Shown here: piece after piece, positions 47,512 through 58,900 of the stretch
Position numbering within the stretch: the first letter of the stretch is position 1
Layout of the letters: every line of letters starts with the position of its first letter
NCBI GenBank assembly: GCA_965220745.1
Contig: CBDCQT010000013.1
Coordinates: forward strand, 480,001 to 544,000
DNA: 64,000 bases
Direction of reading: 5' to 3'
From: Alphaproteobacteria bacterium
Lineage (GTDB): Bacteria; Pseudomonadota; Alphaproteobacteria; UBA828
Notes under the pieces: generated by a model
Database searches by the model: none
What the model was told of the DNA's origin: nothing
Seen by the model: the letters and a program-made list of their open reading frames with translations, nothing else
Position numbers and translations under genes: made by a program

Positions 47512-48693
47512 CTATCCGCCCTTGCCCCAGATCAGCGCGTCGATCGCAGCCCCGATCCGGCCGAAACCGGAAAGGCTGTCCACCGAGGCACCGGCCAATA
47601 GCGGCCACTCGCGCGTCTCCACGTTCGGCGCGCTCACCACCAGCGTGGCCACCCGCGCGCCCTTCTTAACAGGCGCTGCGATCGGACCCTCGGCCACGAT
47701 CTTTACTTCCATGCTCTTGCGGGACTTGCGCGGCATCATCAGCACGACGTCGCTCTCGGTTACCAGGGGCAACTCGTCGGCCTCGCCAAGCCAGACGTCG
47801 AAGTTGTCAACCACCTGGCCCGCGCGGAACAGCACGTAGGTCTTGAACGCCCGAAAGCCGTAGCTGAGCAAGCGTTCCGATTCACGTGCACGGGAATCGA
47901 CGCCGTTGATGCCGTTCACGACCAGCACCAGACGCTGCTCGCCGCGTTTCGCCGATGCCGCGAGGCCGTGGCCCGATGCTTGCGTATATCCAGTCTTGAG
48001 GCCGTCAGCCCCGTCGTAGCGGTAGAGCAGCGGGTTGCGGTTGCCCTGCTTGATGCCGTTGTAGGTGAAGCTCTTCTCGGCGAACATCGGGTAGTACTCG
48101 GGAAAGTCCACGATGATGCGCCGTGACATCTCGGCGACATCCCGCGCCGTCGTGATGTGCTCGGGATCCGGCCATCCGGTCGAGTTGGTGAAGTGGCTGT
48201 CGGCGAGGCCAAGCTCGTCGGCCTTCTCGTTCATCAGGTCGGCGAAGGCGGCCTCCGACCCCGCCAGCCCCTCAGCCAGCACGATGCTCGCATCGTTGCC
48301 CGATTGCACGATGACCCCGCGCAGCAACTCGCTGACCGTTACCTTCTTGTTAACCTCAAGAAACATGCGTGAGCCCTTCATACGCCACGCTTTCTTGCTC
48401 ACGGTGAAGGTGTCTTCCAGGTCGAGCTGGCCGTCCGCCAGATGCTCGAAGACGACGTAAAGCGTCATGATCTTGCTCATGGAGGCCGGGTACATGGGCT
48501 CGTCCGCGTTCTTTTCGGCGAGCACCATGCCGGTCCCTGCATCCATCAGGATGAACTGCTTCGCCTCGGTGTCGACAGCCGCGGCAGGGCGGGGCTGGAA
48601 CGCGGCGATGAAGGCACCGCTCAGGCAGAGACTGAGCGCACAGTAGAGAACGGCAAGCCCGGCACGCCGGCGCACGGGATTTCGATCGACCAT
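47512..48693 (-). CDS. dacA: D-Ala-D-Ala carboxypeptidase (PBP5/6)
   Basis: PASMSK (SxxK), SGN, KTG motifs. Confidence 0.93.
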   Translation of the reverse strand: MVDRNPVRRRAGLAVLYCALSLCLSGAFIAAFQPRPAAAVDTEAKQFILMDAGTGMVLAEKNADEPMYPASMSKIMTLYVVFEHLADGQLDLEDTFTVSKKAWRMKGSRMFLEVNKKVTVSELLRGVIVQSGNDASIVLAEGLAGSEAAFADLMNEKADELGLADSHFTNSTGWPDPEHITTARDVAEMSRRIIVDFPEYYPMFAEKSFTYNGIKQGNRNPLLYRYDGADGLKTGYTQASGHGLAASAKRGEQRLVLVVNGINGVDSRARESERLLSYGFRAFKTYVLFRAGQVVDNFDVWLGEADELPLVTESDVVLMMPRKSRKSMEVKIVAEGPIAAPVKKGARVATLVVSAPNVETREWPLLAGASVDSLSGFGRIGAAIDALIWGKGG

Positions 48694-48776
48694 CTGGTTC
48701 CGGCTCCTCCGCATCGCATCAGGGCGGATCGCAAGGTGTACACCTTCGCCGGGGGTCGGGCCAAGCGCCACTCTCG

Positions 48777-49727
48777 TCAGCGGTACCCCGCAGCGATGAT
48801 GTGAGAGCCGGTGAAGCCGGCGCGGGTGAGCTCGGCCAGGATGAACGCCGCCTCGTCGTCCGTATCCACCGGGCCGATGCGCACCGCGTAGACCACGCGG
48901 CCGTTGCGCCGTTCCGGCTCGACCGCGACGGTGCCGAGCGTCCGCACCTGTTCGCCCAGAAGGTCAGCCTCATCGCGCCCGTTGAGGACCGCCGCTTCGA
49001 CCAGGAGCCTCCGTGACGCGATGCTGGCAGTCTCCCTCTTCGGCGTCTGGGGCGGGCTCGCGTTCGCCCTCGCGCGTACCGGCTTGTCCGGCGGCAGCAC
49101 CACCGTTCCGTATGACGGCTTCGTCCAGCGAGGCTTGAGCGGGACATCGGGCGAGACGGCGGCAACGACGACCGGCTGGTCGGCCGGTTGCGGCGCAGCC
49201 GGCGGCTCAAGGCGGTCCAGGCCGAGGTACTGGACGCGCACCTTGGTCAAACCTTGGCGCTTGAAGCCGAGAAGCTGCGCGGCGCGGCGGGAGAGGTCGA
49301 TGATCCGGCCGTTGACGAACGGGCCCCGGTCGTTCACCCGCAATTCCAGTTGCCGCCCGTTTTCGAGGTTGGTCACGCGCACACGGCTGGGCAGCGGCAG
49401 CGTCGGGTGCGCGGCGGTCACCCCGTTCATGTCGAAGCGTTCGCCGTTCGCCGTGGGCCGGCCGTGGAACGCGGGCCCGTACCACGAGGCGACACCCGTC
49501 CTGTCATAGTTGGGATCGTAGCTCGGGTAATGCCAGACATGGTTGACCTGGTAGGGCGAGCCGAGCTTGTAGTGCGGCTTCGCAACGCGAACCGGCGGCT
49601 TCTCCTCCTCCTTCGTCTCCAGGTTGAACTTCTTGACGACATGAAGGGCGAGCTTGACCTCGCTGCAGCCCGCGATTGCGAGCAGGCAGAGCGCCAGCGA
49701 GGCGAAGAGAAGCGGCTTTCTGGTCAT
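48777..49727 (-). CDS. rlpA: Septal ring lytic transglycosylase RlpA lipoprotein
   Basis: Lipobox IAGC, GVASWYG, TAAHPTLP, VNDRGPF, C-terminal SPOR-like domain. Confidence 0.92.
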   Translation of the reverse strand: MTRKPLLFASLALCLLAIAGCSEVKLALHVVKKFNLETKEEEKPPVRVAKPHYKLGSPYQVNHVWHYPSYDPNYDRTGVASWYGPAFHGRPTANGERFDMNGVTAAHPTLPLPSRVRVTNLENGRQLELRVNDRGPFVNGRIIDLSRRAAQLLGFKRQGLTKVRVQYLGLDRLEPPAAPQPADQPVVVAAVSPDVPLKPRWTKPSYGTVVLPPDKPVRARANASPPQTPKRETASIASRRLLVEAAVLNGRDEADLLGEQVRTLGTVAVEPERRNGRVVYAVRIGPVDTDDEAAFILAELTRAGFTGSHIIAAGYR

Positions 49728-49746
49728 CGGCCGGACCCGCCGGCCG

Positions 49747-50757
49747 CTACCGCCTCCCGATCCTGTCGGCCAGGAGGCCGACGGACGTCGCAAAGTAGAA
49801 CGAGCGGTTCCACCGCATGATCGTCCGGTAGTTGTCGTAGACGAGGTAGGCCGGCCCCCCTTCCCCACCGGGCAGCACCACCGAGCCGCTCATCGCGGCT
49901 TGCGGCAGATCGCTACCATCGGCGCGGCGAAGACCCAGGGCCTGCCATTCGGCGAGGGTCCTCTTCACCTTCAGGTCGGCGAGCCCCTGATCGAAACTGG
50001 CCGGCAACTGCACCTGTCGCCCCCAGGTCTCGCCGTTACGCCACCCGGCCTGGACCAGGTAATTCGCCGCCGAGGCAAAGACGTCTTCCTGGGTGCCCCA
50101 GATATCGCGCTTGCCGTCGCCGTCGTGGTCCACGGCGTAGCGCACGAAGCTCGACGGCATGAACTGGCTCTGCCCCATGGCGCCGGCCCAGCTGCCGACC
50201 ATGGCGTCCGGCGTGATGTGGCCGTCCTCCAGGATGCGGAGCGCGTGCAACAGCTCCCCGCGGAAATAGGCGCTGCGCCGGCCGTCATGGGCGAGGGTCG
50301 CGAGGGCGCCGATCACCGGGAATCCGCCTAGAAACCTGCCGAAGCTGGTCTCGATGCCCCAGAGCGCGACGATAAAGCGCGGCGGCACCCCGTACTCGCG
50401 CCCGATCGGCTCGAGCAGGTCCCGGTGCTTGGCGAGCAGCTCCCGGCCCTGCGCGACGCGTGACTCGGGTACCACGCGTTCCAGATACTCGGCGAAGGTG
50501 AGAGTGACTTCCGGCTGGGAGCGGTCCAGCTCGATGACCCGCGGAATCGGCTCGATTCCTTCGAACGCCGCATCGAATGTGGCGGCGCTGATGCCCTGGC
50601 TCAGAGCCTCGCTGCGCACCCCCTCGCGCCATTCGGCGAAGTTCTCGGCACCCTCTTCCTGTGCCATTGCGCCACCCGCCAGCAGCACGCCGATCAGCGC
50701 CGCACTGGCCACCATACGCGCGGATCTCAACCCGATTCGCGACTCGCGCCGTTTCAT
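49747..50757 (-). CDS. mltB: Lytic murein transglycosylase (MltB family)
   Basis: WGIETSFG, GSWAGAMGQSQFMPS, DGDG, RWNRS. Confidence 0.92.
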   Translation of the reverse strand: MKRRESRIGLRSARMVASAALIGVLLAGGAMAQEEGAENFAEWREGVRSEALSQGISAATFDAAFEGIEPIPRVIELDRSQPEVTLTFAEYLERVVPESRVAQGRELLAKHRDLLEPIGREYGVPPRFIVALWGIETSFGRFLGGFPVIGALATLAHDGRRSAYFRGELLHALRILEDGHITPDAMVGSWAGAMGQSQFMPSSFVRYAVDHDGDGKRDIWGTQEDVFASAANYLVQAGWRNGETWGRQVQLPASFDQGLADLKVKRTLAEWQALGLRRADGSDLPQAAMSGSVVLPGGEGGPAYLVYDNYRTIMRWNRSFYFATSVGLLADRIGRR

Positions 50758-50865
50758 GGCGGGCCCCTATGACACGCCTGTTACGCGTGCGCCAACCCCC
50801 CAATTGTCCAGGCGGTGTTCAAGCGTCGGTGATCGGGAGCCCGCAAGCCGCGTCGGGAAGCAGCC

Positions 50866-51831
50866 TCAATCCAGTGCTTCGGTATTGAATACAAAGGAAG
50901 AATCGAGCTTGCCATCCAATGCGTCAAGCACGTTCTGCGCGCACCGCGTCGCCATGCGGATAAAGGCACCGCGGGACGAGCCCCCCATGTGCGGCATGAG
51001 CACGGTCGCCGGATGGCTGAGCAACGGATCGTCGAGTCGCGGCGGCTCCTCATCGAACACATCGAGGCCCGCCCCCGCCAAATGTCCCGATTGGAGCGCC
51101 TCATGGAGGGCTGCGCCATCGACGATCGGACCCCGCGCCGCATTGGCGAGAATCGCGCCCGGCTTCATCCGGGCCAGCGCCGCACGGTCGATCAGGTGTC
51201 GGGTCTCGTCGTTGAGCGGCACGTGCACGCTGACGTAGTCCGCCCGCGGCAGCGCCTCGGCGAGATCGGCGACCGGCGTGCAGCCGGCATCGATGATCTC
51301 CATCTGCGGAACGTAGGGATCGCAGCACTCGACCTTCATCTCGAAGGCCCGGCAGCGCGCCGCCACCCGCCGCCCGATGCGCCCGAAGCCGATGATCAGA
51401 ACGGTGCGCCCGTAGAGTTCGAGATGGTCGGCGGCCTCGCGCACGAGAAACTCCCCACGCCGCACCGACTCGTCGTAGTGACGGGCCTTCTTCGACGCCG
51501 CGAGCATGAAGTAGAGGGTGAGCTCGGCGACCGTCACGGCGTTGGCGTCGCCCACCGTGGCCACCGGTATCTTCCGCGCCGTCGCGACCTCCAGGTCGAT
51601 GTTGTCGCAGCCGACGCCGTGCCGTGCGATGACCTTGAGCCGGGTCGATGCTTCAAGCATCTCGGCCCGCAACGGCAGATAGCGCAGGATGAGGCCGTCG
51701 GCGTCGGCAATTTCCCTCAGCAGCGTGTCGTCGTCGTCCCGCGCCACTTCGCAGATGTCCAGGTCGGCACGGCTTTTCAGGAGATCGACGCCTGCCTCGT
51801 CAATCGCATCGTGTATGATTACCTTCGGCAT
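50866..51831 (-). CDS. D-isomer-specific 2-hydroxyacid dehydrogenase (SerA-like)
   Basis: GVGCDNID, IGFGRIG, NAARG, DVFDEEP, PHMGG. Confidence 0.92.
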   Translation of the reverse strand: MPKVIIHDAIDEAGVDLLKSRADLDICEVARDDDDTLLREIADADGLILRYLPLRAEMLEASTRLKVIARHGVGCDNIDLEVATARKIPVATVGDANAVTVAELTLYFMLAASKKARHYDESVRRGEFLVREAADHLELYGRTVLIIGFGRIGRRVAARCRAFEMKVECCDPYVPQMEIIDAGCTPVADLAEALPRADYVSVHVPLNDETRHLIDRAALARMKPGAILANAARGPIVDGAALHEALQSGHLAGAGLDVFDEEPPRLDDPLLSHPATVLMPHMGGSSRGAFIRMATRCAQNVLDALDGKLDSSFVFNTEALD

Positions 51832-51911
51832 GGTGGCTCCGCTGCTCGCGGTCGAACGCGGCGGTCGGCGGGGCTGGCCTCCACCCACGGAACGATCCGA
51901 GGTCCCGAGCG

Positions 51912-53315
51912 ATGGCGCTGAACTCCCCCGAGGCGCGCGATCTTGCGCATCATCTTCATTCCTACACCCATCTCCCCAGCCTGGAGCGGGACGGCCCGCT
52001 CGTGCTGGAGCGGGGCGAAGGTATCTACGTCCGCGACACGCATGGCAAGCGCTATCTCGAAAGCGTCTCGGGCCTGTGGAACGTGGTGGTCGGCTTCAGC
52101 GAGCCCAGGCTGGTGCAGGCGGCCCATGAGGCGCTCAAGCAGATGCCGGCCTATCACACCTTCTTCGGGCGGACCGCCCTGCCCCCGGTCGTGCTCGCCG
52201 AGAAGCTGGTGGAAATCGCGCCGATGGAGGTGTCGCGGGTCTATTTTGTCAACTCGGGCTCGGAGGCCAACGACACCGCCATCAAGATGCTCTGGATGAT
52301 GGCGAGAGGCGCCGGCGAGCCGGAACGACGCAAGCTGATCTCGCGCTCCATGGCCTATCACGGCACGACCGTCGCCTCGTGCAGCCTCAACGGCAAGCCC
52401 TACATCGGCGCGTTCGGGCTGCCGCTGCCGGAGGTGCGCTATGTCGAGGCGCCGCACTACTGGCGCAATGCCCACCCCGGCGAGAGCGAGGACGCCTACT
52501 CTGAGCGCCTGGCGGGCGAGCTGGAGAGCCTGATCGAGGCCGAAGGGCCCGAGACCTTCGCCGGCTTCTTCGCCGAGCCCGTGATGGGCGCAGGCGGCGC
52601 GGTGCCGCCGACCGCCGGTTACTTCCCGAAAATCCAGGCGGTGCTCAATCGCCACGGCATCCCGCTGGTCGCCGACGAGGTGGTGACCGGGCTCGGCCGC
52701 ACCGAGAACCTCTGGGGCGCGGAGACCTACGCGTTCACGCCGGATATCCTGGTGACCTCGAAGGCGCTCACCTCCGGCTATTACCCGATGGCGGCGGTGT
52801 TGCTGTCGCCGGAGATGGACCGTCGCCTGCATCGGGCGGCGGAGGAATTCGAGGAGTTTCCCCACGGCTTCACCACCGGCGGCAGCCCGGCGGCAGCGGC
52901 GGTCGCGCTGGAAACCATCGCCCTCATCACCGAGCCGGGCGGCCTGCTCGACAACGTCCGGGCGGTGGCACCGACCCTCGAGGCCGCGATGCGCCGCTTC
53001 GAGGACCACCCGCTGGTCGGCGAGGTGCGCCATGTCGGGCTGCTCGGCGCGCTGGAAATCGTCGCGGACAAGGGCAGCAAGCGCCCCTTCGCGCCGGAGC
53101 ACGCCATCGGCGAGCGCATCGTGGAGATGGCCTACGCCCGCGGGCTCATCACGCGCCCGATCGGCGACTCGGTCATCGTCGCCCCGCCCTTCATCATCAC
53201 GCACGCGCAGATCGAGGAGATGATGGCGACGCTTGGCGCGGTGCTGGACGAGTTCGCCGACGCCGCCGCCCGTGAGGGCATGGGCCCGGAGGCGCTGGCC
53301 GCGTCCGCAGAATAA
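51912..53315 (+). CDS. Class III (omega) aminotransferase
   Basis: SGSEANDT, YHG, EPVMGAGG, ADEVVTG, SKALTSGY, HGFT. Confidence 0.93.
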   Translation: MALNSPEARDLAHHLHSYTHLPSLERDGPLVLERGEGIYVRDTHGKRYLESVSGLWNVVVGFSEPRLVQAAHEALKQMPAYHTFFGRTALPPVVLAEKLVEIAPMEVSRVYFVNSGSEANDTAIKMLWMMARGAGEPERRKLISRSMAYHGTTVASCSLNGKPYIGAFGLPLPEVRYVEAPHYWRNAHPGESEDAYSERLAGELESLIEAEGPETFAGFFAEPVMGAGGAVPPTAGYFPKIQAVLNRHGIPLVADEVVTGLGRTENLWGAETYAFTPDILVTSKALTSGYYPMAAVLLSPEMDRRLHRAAEEFEEFPHGFTTGGSPAAAAVALETIALITEPGGLLDNVRAVAPTLEAAMRRFEDHPLVGEVRHVGLLGALEIVADKGSKRPFAPEHAIGERIVEMAYARGLITRPIGDSVIVAPPFIITHAQIEEMMATLGAVLDEFADAAAREGMGPEALAASAE

Positions 53316-53487
53316 TTGCCTAGCTAACGACTAGCTCGAAACTCACTTGGCGTGGCGACATCGGGCGGGCCAGATTTCGGGCTTCGGACGAATTGAGAAG
53401 ATGATCGAGGAAAACGGTATAATATGCTGATGCTGAAGTTATAATCGAGGCGTTAAGAGGTAGAGAAACGGCCGTCATCCTGCTTCT

Positions 53488-55149
53488 TCACTCCCTCCCC
53501 GGGGCGTCGGAGGACAGCGCGCGGGCGCGCTCACGCAGCTCGAATTTCATGATCTTGCCCGTCGCCGTCTTCGGCAAATCGCCAAAGACCAACGTGCGCG
53601 GCACCTTGAAGCGCGCCATGCGCTCGCGGCAATGGTCGATCAGCGCCTCCTCCGAGACCGCGCGCGCATCGGGCTTCAGCGCGACGAAGGCGCAGGGTGT
53701 CTCGCCCCACCTCTCGTCAGGCCGCGCCACCACGGCCGCTTCGAGCACCGCTTCGTGGCCGTAGAGGGCGTTCTCCACCTCGATGCTCGAAATGTTCTCC
53801 CCACCGGAAATGATGATGTCCTTGGCCCGGTCGGTAATCTGGATGTAGCCGTCGGGGTGGGTCACCGCGAGGTCGCCGGTATGGAACCAGCCGCCGCCGA
53901 AGGCCTCCGCAGTGGCGCCGGCATCGTCGAGATAGCCCTTCATCACCGTGTTCCCGCGCAGCAGGATTTCGCCTGCCGTGGCGCCGTCCGCCGGCACCGG
54001 CGCGAGAGTCTCTGGGTCCGCCACCATCGCGCCCTGGATCGCGTGATGGCGCACGCCTTGGCGCGCCATCAGCGCGGCCCGGTCATCGAGTGGCAGGTCC
54101 GGCCAGTCCTGCTGCGGTGCTGCCACCAGGGCCGGTCCATAAACCTCAGTCAAACCATAGAGATGGGTGACGCTGAAGCCCATCTCCTCCATGGCTGCGA
54201 TGACCGGTGCCGGCGGCGCGGCGCCCCCGGTCGCCACCTCGACCACGTGATCGAATTGACGCTTGTCGCTCTCCGGCGCGTTGATCAGCATGCCGAGCAC
54301 TACCGGGGCGCCCGCCATGTGGGTCACGCGTTCCTCGGCGATCAGGCGAAAGACTTCCGCCGGCTCGATCCGGGGCAGGCAGATGTGCGCGCCGGCGGCG
54401 GCGGTCACGGCCCAGGTGTGAGTCCAGCCGTTGCAATGGAACATGGGGAGGGTCCAAAGGTAGACCGAATCCCGGGTGAACCCGTTCATCAGCACGTTGC
54501 TGAGCGCGTTCAGATACGCACCCCGGTGATGATAGACGACCCCCTTGGGCTGCCCGGTCGTGCCCGAGGTGTAGTTGAGCGAGATCGCCTGCCACTCGTC
54601 CTCCGGCCAGGGCCACTCGAAATCTGGTGCCCCGGAGGCAAGTAGTTCCTCGTAGCTCTCGTCGGCGAAGCCCCTCCCCTCCCCTTCGGCTTCCGAAGCC
54701 TCGTCGAGCGCCACCACGTGCGGGCGCGGGTCCAGTTGCCCCAACGCCTCCTCCACGACGCTCGCAAACCCCGCATCGGCGATGAGCACGCGGGAGCGGG
54801 CGTGTTTCAGCATCGCGGCGATGGAGGCCGCATCCAGCCGGATGTTGAGGGCATTGAGCACGGCGCCCGCCATGGGCACGCCGAAATGAGCCTCAAGCAT
54901 GGCCGGCACGTTAGGCGCTAGGATCGAGACCGTGTCTCCGAGGCCCACTCCGCGCGCCGCAAGCGCGCCGGCCAGTCGACGGCAGCGGGCGTAGGTATCG
55001 GCATAGCTTCGCCTGAGCGCGCCGTGCGCCACGGCCGTCCGCGCCGGATAAATCGCGGCCGCCCGTGCCATGAAGTCGCACGGGGTCAGCGGGACGTGGT
55101 TGGCGGGTCCCCGTTCGAGTCCGCGCTCGTAGCGGTTGTTGTTGGGCAC
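53488..55149 (-). CDS. Acyl-CoA synthetase (AMP-forming)
   Basis: YTSGTTGQPKG, LPMFHCNGW, YGLTE, HTGD, PKTATGK; GTG start after AAGGAG. Confidence 0.93.
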   Translation of the reverse strand: MPNNNRYERGLERGPANHVPLTPCDFMARAAAIYPARTAVAHGALRRSYADTYARCRRLAGALAARGVGLGDTVSILAPNVPAMLEAHFGVPMAGAVLNALNIRLDAASIAAMLKHARSRVLIADAGFASVVEEALGQLDPRPHVVALDEASEAEGEGRGFADESYEELLASGAPDFEWPWPEDEWQAISLNYTSGTTGQPKGVVYHHRGAYLNALSNVLMNGFTRDSVYLWTLPMFHCNGWTHTWAVTAAAGAHICLPRIEPAEVFRLIAEERVTHMAGAPVVLGMLINAPESDKRQFDHVVEVATGGAAPPAPVIAAMEEMGFSVTHLYGLTEVYGPALVAAPQQDWPDLPLDDRAALMARQGVRHHAIQGAMVADPETLAPVPADGATAGEILLRGNTVMKGYLDDAGATAEAFGGGWFHTGDLAVTHPDGYIQITDRAKDIIISGGENISSIEVENALYGHEAVLEAAVVARPDERWGETPCAFVALKPDARAVSEEALIDHCRERMARFKVPRTLVFGDLPKTATGKIMKFELRERARALSSDAPGRE

Positions 55150-55253
55150 CAATCGGCTCCTTCGGTGATGATCGTCATGGTCGACGCTCGCCCGACGCGG
55201 CGTCAAGAACCGGCGCCCTCGCGCTCCAGGCAACCCGCCGATATACTCGCGCC

Positions 55254-55919
55254 ATGCACGTCGCCATCGTCTCTGACACGATCTGTCCCTGGTGCTACAT
55301 CGGCAAGCGCCGCTTCGAGCGTGCCAACGCCGGCCGGCCGGCCGGCCTCGCCGTCGAGTGGCGCCCGTACCAGCTCAATCCGGACATGCCGGCCGAGGGC
55401 GTCGAGCGGCTCCCATATCTGGTGGCCAAGTTCGGCTCCGAGGAGCGGGTCGTCGAGATCTTCACCACGATCGAGCAGGCGGGTGAAGCCGAAGGCATCC
55501 AATTCGTCTTCGACCAAATAGGACGTACCCCCAACACCGTCGATTCCCACCGGCTGATCGAGTTCGCCGGCCAGCGCGGGGCGCAGGATGGGGTGGTGGA
55601 GGCGCTGTTTCGCCGCTACTTCGAGCAGGGCGAGGACATTAGCGACCACGGCGTACTCGCTGCTGCCGGCGTTGACGGTGGCCTCGACGAGGCGGAATTG
55701 CGCCGCTATCTGGACGGGAGTGACGGGGTCGAGGAAATCAAGAGAGAGAGTGAGGCCGCGAGCCGCGCGGGCATCTCCGGCGTGCCCTGCTTCATCTTCG
55801 AGCGCCGCTACGCGGTCACCGGCGCGCAAACGCCGGACGTCTTCGAGCGGGTGTTCGAGCTCGCCGCCGCCGCTGCCAACCCCGAGAGCTCCAACCAGTC
55901 TCCGCCTCCGCCGGCGTAG
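55254..55919 (+). CDS. DsbA/FrnE family oxidoreductase
   Basis: SDTICPWCYIG, YQLNPD, GVPCF. Confidence 0.92.
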   Translation: MHVAIVSDTICPWCYIGKRRFERANAGRPAGLAVEWRPYQLNPDMPAEGVERLPYLVAKFGSEERVVEIFTTIEQAGEAEGIQFVFDQIGRTPNTVDSHRLIEFAGQRGAQDGVVEALFRRYFEQGEDISDHGVLAAAGVDGGLDEAELRRYLDGSDGVEEIKRESEAASRAGISGVPCFIFERRYAVTGAQTPDVFERVFELAAAAANPESSNQSPPPPA

Positions 55920-55955
55920 CCCGGCAGCAGTTGCGCGATAGTCGCGCCGACGCGC

Positions 55956-58900
55956 TTATTCCGCCTCGCTCTCTTTCTCGGACGAAAACAGCTTGCGCAG
56001 GAAGGTAGGCGCCAGGACCGAGAGCGGGTTCACCGAGATATCCGGCTCAGCGGTCGTCCCGCCAACCCGGTAGTTCGCCGCGAACAACCCTTCGCCTTCC
56101 CCGCCGGTCAGCAGCTCCCCCAGCACGGGAATGGCTTCGATCAGGGTGTTGAACGTGTAGGCCGGCACGATCGTGCCGCTGATGTCCACCCGATCCGATT
56201 CGAGATCGACCGTCCCCTCGGCATTGACGCCTACGGAAAAGCCTGATGTCCGGGCGCCCCGAATGGTGAGAACGTTCTCTTCGAGGGTGAAAGGCATTTC
56301 GAACCGCGAAAAGCGTATCCCCTTGCCCCGCAGTTCACTGAGGATACCTGTCAGAGTCGCCACGGTGAGCAACCTTGCCAGCGTCGGCGCGTTGATCACG
56401 CGGTAGTCGTCGATCTTGACCGTGCCGGTGACAGGTGCGCCCGGCTGGTCGTCGTGCAGCACCGCTTCCATCACGAGGTCGCCGCCGACGGCGTTGTCGT
56501 AAATCTTGAAGGTCCGGGCCACGGCGCCCGCATCGCGCGAGCGGACCGTTATCAGGCGTTTGCTCCCCTGCGGCTCCAGGGAGAAGGACATGGGCGCGCC
56601 GGTGGCCAGCGTGCCCTCCATGAACCCGATGTGCCGGCCTTCGCTATCGGTCTCGAAACGCGCGCGCAGATTCGCCAGATGCCGATCGTCGGCGGTTATG
56701 ACGCGCTCGACATCGAGGTCGAGGAGGAGCTGGCCGGAGTGCAGCGCGTCCTCCCCCATCAGATCCTCGATGTAGGGTCGGGCGTCGAGACTGGCGCCCT
56801 CAATCGCGATCCGTGTGATCACGTCCTCGATTGCAATCGTGCCTGCGATGTCCGTCGCACCGTGCCGCAGTCTTTCGATCGTGATCTCACGAATGCCCCC
56901 GGCGTCACGGGCGAGCATAGCCCGGCCGAGGCCATAGAGCGTCTCCGTCTCGACCTCGACCCTGGTGAGCTCGACAGGACCTTCCGGAGGAACGCTGGCG
57001 AGAACCTGTATCGTCCCAGGCGCAGCTGCGGGCTTGGCCCAGTGCAGCTCCGAAATCTCGAGCCGCGCCTCCGTCGCATCGACGTGGAGCGTCGTGCGTG
57101 GCGTCCCGTCGCCTCCCGGATCTGTGTATTCCCCTTCGAGCGCAAGAGTGCCCTGAACGTAAGGCGCCATATCGAACCCCAGCGCGGCCTGGGCTTCCGG
57201 CGTCAGCGTCGTCGTCACGTCAAGGCGCCGTGCGAATGGCGCGTCGTCGCCAAAGTTCTCGCGCCACGTGATCGCCGCGGGCATGCCCTGGAGCCTGGCC
57301 GTACCGCGAAGTTCCATGCTCGCGTTGTCGACGCCGAGACGCAGCGCGCCCTCTGTCATGTCTGCCATGCCCGCGATGTTCGCCATCCGGGCGTCCCGCA
57401 CCCGGGCGACGGCGTTCACGTCTACCTCCTCCGGCTCGATCGCTTGCAGCATCGGCAGCTCGAGCGCGAACAGGGTGTGCACCGCGCCGCCGACCCCCAC
57501 CGGCTTGAGCCCGACCTTGCTCACCAGCGCGAGGCGCGGATGGTCGAGCAGGTCGAGGGCATCGGCCGCCGGCCCGTCGGCTTCGATCTCCACCGACATG
57601 CGGGGCACCGCCGAATGAATCTCGCTCAGCACGGCCGTCCCCCGAGACGCGGTGATCCCCGCGATGCGGCCGCCGCTCATCGTGAGGGCGAGGGCTTCCC
57701 CGTTGAACCGCCCCGTACCGCTGACTCCCGTCACAGGCGGCATCGGCCGCAGATAGTCGATGCTCGCATTCTCGAACGCGAGCGAGCCGGCGGCCGAGTC
57801 CACACCGAAGCGCTCGTTCTCGAAGTCGCCGGGCTCGATGTCGAGCACGGCATCGAACCGGCTGATCACGCCGTCGCTGACGTTCTCCACGATCCATCGC
57901 CGTCCGGGCGGGATGAACGTCTCTGGCCAGTAGGCGCCAAGCGACTTGAACGGCATGTCGTGCGCCTGAAACCGCCCGCGCACGCCGATGCCGGCATCGG
58001 TTTGCCAGAGGTTGCCGTCGAGGGAAAAGCGCGGGCCGTCCGTATCGACCTCGAACTTTTCGAGGCTAAGCTGGGACAGCTCGCCGTCGATCGAACCCGT
58101 CGCGACGATCCGTTGCACCGGAACCGGTGCGGGAAAGATCTCAGGCAAGGCGATCTCCCCTTCCCCGCCCGCGATATCGAACACGGTGCCGCCGAGAATG
58201 CCGCCGGGGGCCACATCGATCGCGATCGTGCCGGAGAGTGGAACGCGAAACCCGGTGAACTCCTCAAGCTCAGGAGCGATGAAGGAGAGCTTGACCAGAT
58301 TGAGGCCGGAGAAGCCGATGGCGGCGCTGCCCATCTTGCTCTCGCGGTGGTGGAACAGCTCCACCTCCAGATGGGTCTCCAGGTCCCGCACCTGCAGCTC
58401 TGCCGACAGGTGCCCGAGGATCGCGGTCTCGTCCAGATTGAGCGTGAGGTCGGCGCTGGGCGCGGTCCAGGTGAAATCGGTCGTCTCGTCGACCAGGACG
58501 ATGGAGGCATCGCGGAGGCTGACCCGCTGTAGCCGCGCCATCGGGTGATCCTCGCGCGGCGGGTCGAGCAGATCGTCGACCAGGGAATCAGCCGCGTCGT
58601 CGTCGGCCATGCCGGTCTCGTCACTGCCGGCGAGACGCACGCGCCCGTCCGCGTCGCGAACCAGGGCAAGGCTGAGACCGATCAGCTCGATCGACGTGGG
58701 GGCGATCGTGCCGCTCAACAGAGCAGCGCCGCTCAGTCCCAACGACGCCGCCGGCACCGCCGCCAGGGTCGTGCCGCTCGCGTCGGCGATCCGGAGATCG
58801 GTCAAGTGGACTTCGAGCGCTTCGCCCCAGCCGGGCCAGACCAGAACCGTGTCTTCGAATTCGAAGTGATAGGAGAGACCCTCGCCCTCCAGCGCCTCTT

